A stretch of 48,411 bases of DNA from a virus (lineage: Duplodnaviria > Caudoviricetes), in IMG/VR virus record IMGVR_UViG_3300009481_000019, positions 1 through 48,411 of that record. The stretch is one strand, 5' to 3'. Every line of letters begins with the position of its first letter. The first letter of the stretch is position 1. Positions 44,048-48,411 of this stretch are shown in pieces. The notes beneath the pieces are model-generated. The model was given only the letters and a program-made list of their open reading frames with translations, was not told where the DNA came from and did not search any database. Made by a program: the position numbers and the translations under genes.

Positions 44048-44683
44048 TTACGCAGCATTACGTTCTGCGAGTTCAGTCCTCATCTGGAGGACTAAATGCC
44101 AAAGCTGGAAACCGTCATCACTCAAGCTCTGAGTGATCGTTTTCTCTGCCCATTCGTAGAGGGCATCCCTCTCGCTCCCTGAGAGATCCGCCAAGGGCTT
44201 CCCCTTGAGAGTGGTCGCCTTCAACCAGGATTCAGCCTTGAGCTTGGGAGGAGTGCGATCCTCCTTCAGCGACACTTCATCCAGGTAGGGATCATCGATC
44301 CCCTTGCCCTGATAGACAGAGAGGCCGATCCCGATAAAGGATGAGGCCTTGGAGATGAGGTTGGTCTGAGCCTTCTTCCGAGCTTCAGCAATGTTGCCCT
44401 TGAATACCCGAGCGTCACCGATTGCCGGGACACTACAACGCTTGTCATCGAGCTTATACCAGAGGCTGCCAGAGGCTGCCAAGTTGGATCCATCAGGAGA
44501 CAGCGTCCATTCTTCTACTTCTACTCCCCAGCCAGAGCCACAAAGGCCGAAGACCTGAGTGAGTCTGCTGACGATGTGATAAGCATCAATCACCGTCATT
44601 TTTCGACCTCCGAGCTGGAGATCCTTATACGCCCCAGGCGGCAAAGGCCTTGCCAGGGTGTGAAACAATTCATTCTGATCCAT
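44048..44683 (-). CDS. Rad52/Rad22-like single-strand annealing protein (Sak-type)
   Basis: IDAYHIVSRLTQVFG..GW...EARKKAQTNLISKAS..IGIGLSVY. Confidence 0.8.
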   Translation of the reverse strand: MDQNELFHTLARPLPPGAYKDLQLGGRKMTVIDAYHIVSRLTQVFGLCGSGWGVEVEEWTLSPDGSNLAASGSLWYKLDDKRCSVPAIGDARVFKGNIAEARKKAQTNLISKASSFIGIGLSVYQGKGIDDPYLDEVSLKEDRTPPKLKAESWLKATTLKGKPLADLSGSERDALYEWAEKTITQSLSDDGFQLWHLVLQMRTELAERNAA

Positions 44684-44809
44684 GTGTTTACAAATACAAT
44701 ACAATTACAATTAGAACCGGGACAGATCTGAGCATCCCGATCATTAAATATGTCGCTCAGACAGGGTTCATTCTAGGCAAATACAGGGGTGAGTCAAGCA
44801 GGTTTTGTG

Positions 44810-45355
44810 CTAACTTGGGTCAACGTCCAGAACCGGGGCATCCTTCTTGGACAAAGCCCCCCGCTCAACGGCTGCCTCGATCCTCTGGAGGACGATATTA
44901 TAGGTATCCCCACCGGATTCTGCCTCGTCCTCACCTTGGCGATCAATGCCAAATATCTTTGCCCTTCGGTTCAAGGCGCTGAGTATCTGCCCGGCCACCG
45001 CTGAGTCTGCCCTGGAATTGCCCTCCCTGTCTTGATAGATCAAGTGGTTCTGAAGGATGGTAATCAGGCTGCCGGTGGTATTAATTTGGAAGGCAACCTC
45101 AGAATCATGCAGCTCAGATATCTCATCGCGGGTAAGGACGATGGCGTGTTGCAAGTAGCGCGATACTTGAGCCTGGGAAACTCCCAGCGCATCAGCGATC
45201 TCTTTGCCGCTCTTCCCTTCGCTGTTGAGCCTGGCCGTTTCCTTTACGGCTTCCAGCATCTGGAGCTGAGTGCTACGGGATCCGGCCTGGCTGGACTTTG
45301 TGATAACCTGCTTCCCGGCCACCTTCCTAGCGCCCTGACCCTTGGGTTTACTCAT
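44810..45355 (-). CDS. HTH protein, probable terminase small subunit
   Basis: GKSGKEIADALGVSQAQVSRYL HTH and RRAKIFGID motif. Confidence 0.55.
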   Translation of the reverse strand: MSKPKGQGARKVAGKQVITKSSQAGSRSTQLQMLEAVKETARLNSEGKSGKEIADALGVSQAQVSRYLQHAIVLTRDEISELHDSEVAFQINTTGSLITILQNHLIYQDREGNSRADSAVAGQILSALNRRAKIFGIDRQGEDEAESGGDTYNIVLQRIEAAVERGALSKKDAPVLDVDPS

Positions 45356-45680
45356 CGTCCTCCTTTTGGAGGCTCGGCTCTTCCCCGGAACAAGCAAAGC
45401 CTAGCCACTGGTCATCGCCCAGGACACGGTCAACATCGAGGGTAGCGCCTAGCTCAACCGCCCGGACGGCAACCTTGAACCCTATGGAAAACATTCCGGC
45501 GATCATGCACAACTCACGCTTCTTGACTCCCATTTTTGAGAGTTCCTGCTTTCCAACCTCAGAATATATGTCATCACGGCAAGTGGCAGCCAGGATGCTG
45601 GCCAGACCTTCAAGCCTGGCGGCGGTAATCGGGATATCGGGAAGGGTGGGAGTGGTGTTTTTTTTGGCCTTCTTGGGCAT
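45348..45680 (-). CDS. hypothetical protein
   Basis: 110-aa ORF divergent from the portal gene. Confidence 0.6.
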   Translation of the reverse strand: MPKKAKKNTTPTLPDIPITAARLEGLASILAATCRDDIYSEVGKQELSKMGVKKRELCMIAGMFSIGFKVAVRAVELGATLDVDRVLGDDQWLGFACSGEEPSLQKEDDE

Positions 45681-45692
45681 ACTTACTATTAC

Positions 45693-45720
45693 TTGAAAAT
45701 TAGCTAGATCAAAGGAAATT
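45693..45720 (+). promoter_or_regulatory. putative portal promoter
   Basis: TTGAAA-N16-GAAATT-N8-ATG. Confidence 0.45.
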
Positions 45721-45728
45721 AACCCATC

Positions 45729-47846
45729 ATGCAGACATCTGCCCTTTCATTCAGCTCTGATGAGCAGAAGGCTCTCTATCTCAAGCATATGGCCGAGCAT
45801 TGTTCCAGCCAGTTCAAGAGACTACAGGGCAAGCTCTCACCCATCCATAAGCGTATGGACAAATACGCTGCCGAGCTTGGAGGAGACTTTCGACACCGAA
45901 GAACCGGCAGGGCTACCGACATTGATGTTGGGGGGGGAGTCAACTCCACCGTGTTTGAGCGATCCAACTTGTCGCTTTCTCTGACCCGTGGCCAGGTTCG
46001 CTACATTGTCTCAAAGAGCTTCGATGAGATGTTCGGATCCAGACCGTGGCTGGCTGTCCGACCTATAGGCCTCCAGGATACTGATAAGGCGAGGGATCTC
46101 CAGAAGTATGTAGAACATAAGCTGGGCAGTCCCGGAGCGATGGTAGAGCCGTCAGTCAAGGATGCTTGTGTGAGCGCCTGGGGGGCAGGATATGGGGTGC
46201 TGAAGACAAGTTACAACCGGAGGGTTGAGTCCTATGATCGGGTTATCTCAGCGGTGATTGACCCGGCAAGCGGAGAACCTATCAAGGATCGCAAGGGCAA
46301 GACCATTACCGAGGAGCATCCGAGCCATATTGAAGAGGCCTCTGGGGGAACAGTATTCGATGATGACCCGGAAGGGCGGGTATTTGAGAATCCAAGCTAT
46401 GAGTCTTTAACAGAGCCTGACGTTAAGGTGAAGTATGAGGGGCCGGAATTGGGATGCGTTCACTATGGAGACTTCGTTGCAGACCCTGATCGGGCGACCC
46501 TGGAAGAGTGCGATTTCCTGGGGCATCACCAGGCGTGGACAGTTGGAGAGCTGAAGGCTCAATTCGGGCTGGGGTTAATTGATCCCGACACTTACGATCA
46601 GATTATTCGCGGAGCTGGCATCGACAGGACGAAATCTGCCAGGGATAGTCAAGGATCAAAAGGGCGACCAGCGTCAGAGCAGGAACTCTGGGGTAAGCGC
46701 GAGAACGCCGAGTATATCAATGTGGTGGAGTGCTACTTTAACTACGAGCGCCCAACCGAGACTGACGAGGCATCCGGGGAGAAGCACTCAGGAACCCCGG
46801 TGAAGATGTATGCGCTGGTGGCGATAGAGTCGCAGGAGATTGTCTGGGCAGACTTTCTCGGCAACGTCACACCGGAAGCTGAGATCCCCTTTAGTATTGT
46901 TACATCAGACAAGCAGCCAAACTCCTGGGTTGGCATCGGATTCCTTCAGCGATTTGATCAAGAACAGCAGTTTATCGATGAGTGTTTCAATCAGATCAAG
47001 GTGCGTAACGATTACGCATCCAATCCAATTGTAGTCATTGACCGCAAGGCCTTTCAAGAGGGAGATACCGGCAGACCATTCGAATGGGGGCCAGGTCTTC
47101 ATAAGGAGCTTCGGGGGAACAATGTTGCCCGAGAGGCGATTGAGATTATGACGCTGCCTTCCATTGAGAATGAAACCTGGCGAATGATGGAAACCGTCAT
47201 GCAGATGGTCACCCAGGATTCCGGTGTTTCTGGTGCTGCTCAAGGAGATTTAGGGACATTGCCCCAGATGAATACCGCTACCGGAGTAAAGCAAGTCTTG
47301 GGTCATGGCTCGATCCTGAACAAGTGTGCGATCCGCGAGGTGCAGCGTGGAGTCGAGGAGGCAATAGGTAAGCTGGTTCGATTGATGCTGATGTCGATGA
47401 ACGCTACCGAAACGATTCACTTCTTTGAGGGCAACAACGAGGTTGAGGCGATAGTTGCCCGTCAGGACTTCGCATCCCTTGCCCTGGACATCCGGCTCAA
47501 TCTTACCCGGTTCAACCAGGATGAGGAGCAGACCCGGCTGGCAGCAGTGGCATCGACCATTGAGAGGTATCTTCAGATCCCTCCTCACGCTATGGAAAAG
47601 GTTCGACCCGTATTCATTGATCAGCTCAAGACACTAGGGGTAGAGGATGCCGAAGATCGATTGCCGACCGTCGAAGAAATGATGCAGTTCAATGCAATGA
47701 TGGCTGGCCCTCCCCCTCCTGGGGAAGGAGGATCTCCCCCGCCGGGAGGCGATGAACCTCCCCCACCAAGGGCGGACATGGATCAATCCGAGGCTGCTTC
47801 CGAGAGTGCCGAGGACATGATTAGGGATGTTGAGCAAAACGCATGA
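45729..47846 (+). CDS. portal protein (podovirus P22/N4-like)
   Basis: 705 aa; GYGVLK, DFVADP, PF...WVGIG, SGVS..AQG...TATG motifs; Pro-rich disordered tail. Confidence 0.85.
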   Translation: MQTSALSFSSDEQKALYLKHMAEHCSSQFKRLQGKLSPIHKRMDKYAAELGGDFRHRRTGRATDIDVGGGVNSTVFERSNLSLSLTRGQVRYIVSKSFDEMFGSRPWLAVRPIGLQDTDKARDLQKYVEHKLGSPGAMVEPSVKDACVSAWGAGYGVLKTSYNRRVESYDRVISAVIDPASGEPIKDRKGKTITEEHPSHIEEASGGTVFDDDPEGRVFENPSYESLTEPDVKVKYEGPELGCVHYGDFVADPDRATLEECDFLGHHQAWTVGELKAQFGLGLIDPDTYDQIIRGAGIDRTKSARDSQGSKGRPASEQELWGKRENAEYINVVECYFNYERPTETDEASGEKHSGTPVKMYALVAIESQEIVWADFLGNVTPEAEIPFSIVTSDKQPNSWVGIGFLQRFDQEQQFIDECFNQIKVRNDYASNPIVVIDRKAFQEGDTGRPFEWGPGLHKELRGNNVAREAIEIMTLPSIENETWRMMETVMQMVTQDSGVSGAAQGDLGTLPQMNTATGVKQVLGHGSILNKCAIREVQRGVEEAIGKLVRLMLMSMNATETIHFFEGNNEVEAIVARQDFASLALDIRLNLTRFNQDEEQTRLAAVASTIERYLQIPPHAMEKVRPVFIDQLKTLGVEDAEDRLPTVEEMMQFNAMMAGPPPPGEGGSPPPGGDEPPPPRADMDQSEAASESAEDMIRDVEQNA

Positions 47847-48139
47847 GCGTAGTAACAGCACACGATGCCCGGCAAGCGGATAACCTCCGGGCAAAGATCC
47901 TGGCGATGACCGAGATGGACGGCTGGGACATTGTCGCCGCCGAAATCAACTCATTCATCGAGCGGGAGCAGGAGCGGGTTGAGAGACTTACCCTGGATGA
48001 CCGGGAGAACCTAATTGCCAGATCCAGGCTGTCAGCTTTGCGCGAGGTGGCCGATATCCCCGGCGATTTAGTCCGGTCAGCCGACAGGACGATCAATGCT
48101 CGGGAGGCCAAGGAAATCGCTGATGTCCTGGCCGATTGA
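47843..48139 (+). CDS. small helical protein following the portal
   Basis: 98 aa; ATGA overlap; ..GWDIV.. motif typical of post-portal genes. Confidence 0.7.
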   Translation: MSVVTAHDARQADNLRAKILAMTEMDGWDIVAAEINSFIEREQERVERLTLDDRENLIARSRLSALREVADIPGDLVRSADRTINAREAKEIADVLAD

Positions 48140-48164
48140 CGAAATACTAAACATATCCTAAGTT
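48136..48164 (+). promoter_or_regulatory. putative leaderless promoter
   Basis: TTGACG-N17-TAAGTT-N4-ATG(48169). Confidence 0.5.
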
Positions 48165-48168
48165 TCCA

Positions 48169-48411
48169 ATGAAAACTCCCTTTTGGATCCGCCATAACCG
48201 GAAATCGAACTCAGTAAAAGTCAGACCTTTAATTATGAATGCAGCAATCAATTGGGGGCGAAAGAAGCTCCTTGAGTCCCTCGCATCGTGGAAGACCACT
48301 ATACTAGGCGTGGCTTTGCTCCTAGAGGCCTCTGGAGGCCTTGTGAGCGCAATCCTCGATCAAACCACTGCCCTGGAGCTGGAGAGCTTACAGGGGCGCT
48401 GGGAGGTCATT
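48169..48411 (+). CDS. holin-like membrane protein, 3'-truncated (alternative start at 48235)
   Basis: SWKTTILGVALLL..GGLVSAIL hydrophobic motif; the frame is open to the window end. Confidence 0.5.
   Translation, partial: MKTPFWIRHNRKSNSVKVRPLIMNAAINWGRKKLLESLASWKTTILGVALLLEASGGLVSAILDQTTALELESLQGRWEVI

Noticed and set aside
1-48411. Terminal repeats, circular closure or prophage att sites
   Set aside because: The ends do not overlap and both cut different genes; no integrase or host genes are seen, so completeness and lifestyle cannot be called.

Overview
The window is most of the genome of a tailed dsDNA phage (Caudoviricetes, podovirus-like organisation), cut inside genes at both ends. 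I see no integrase, DNA polymerase, tRNA or CRISPR array. Recognisable genes are a terminase large subunit, a probable small subunit, portal, scaffold, an N4-gp56/DUF4043-type major capsid, a head-tail adaptor, a lectin-like receptor-binding protein, an initiator plus DnaB helicase, a DUF1064 nuclease, a RecE-like exonuclease, a Rad52/Sak-like annealase, an SSB, and a C5 DNA methyltransferase coded in two overlapping frames. The main feature is a 6308-aa polyvalent, ejection-type protein (23860-42786). Its middle ~8.8 kb is an array of nine enzyme-sized cassettes: four ADP-ribosyltransferase-like, one C5 methyltransferase, one HhH-glycosylase-like and three unknown. The cassettes are delimited by a peptide (RFALDV x9 plus one KFALDD) whose RFALDV copies differ only at synonymous positions. 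Two zincin-like motifs lie upstream of the array, and a GH-E/HNH-like nuclease ends the protein. This looks like a virion-delivered, cassette-shuffled and possibly proteolytically processed effector polyprotein. Other notable items are widespread leaderless-type promoters, repeated T-loop-like intergenic hairpins in the early operon, and a cluster of very basic small proteins sharing motifs. All family assignments are from motif recognition by eye; no searches were run.
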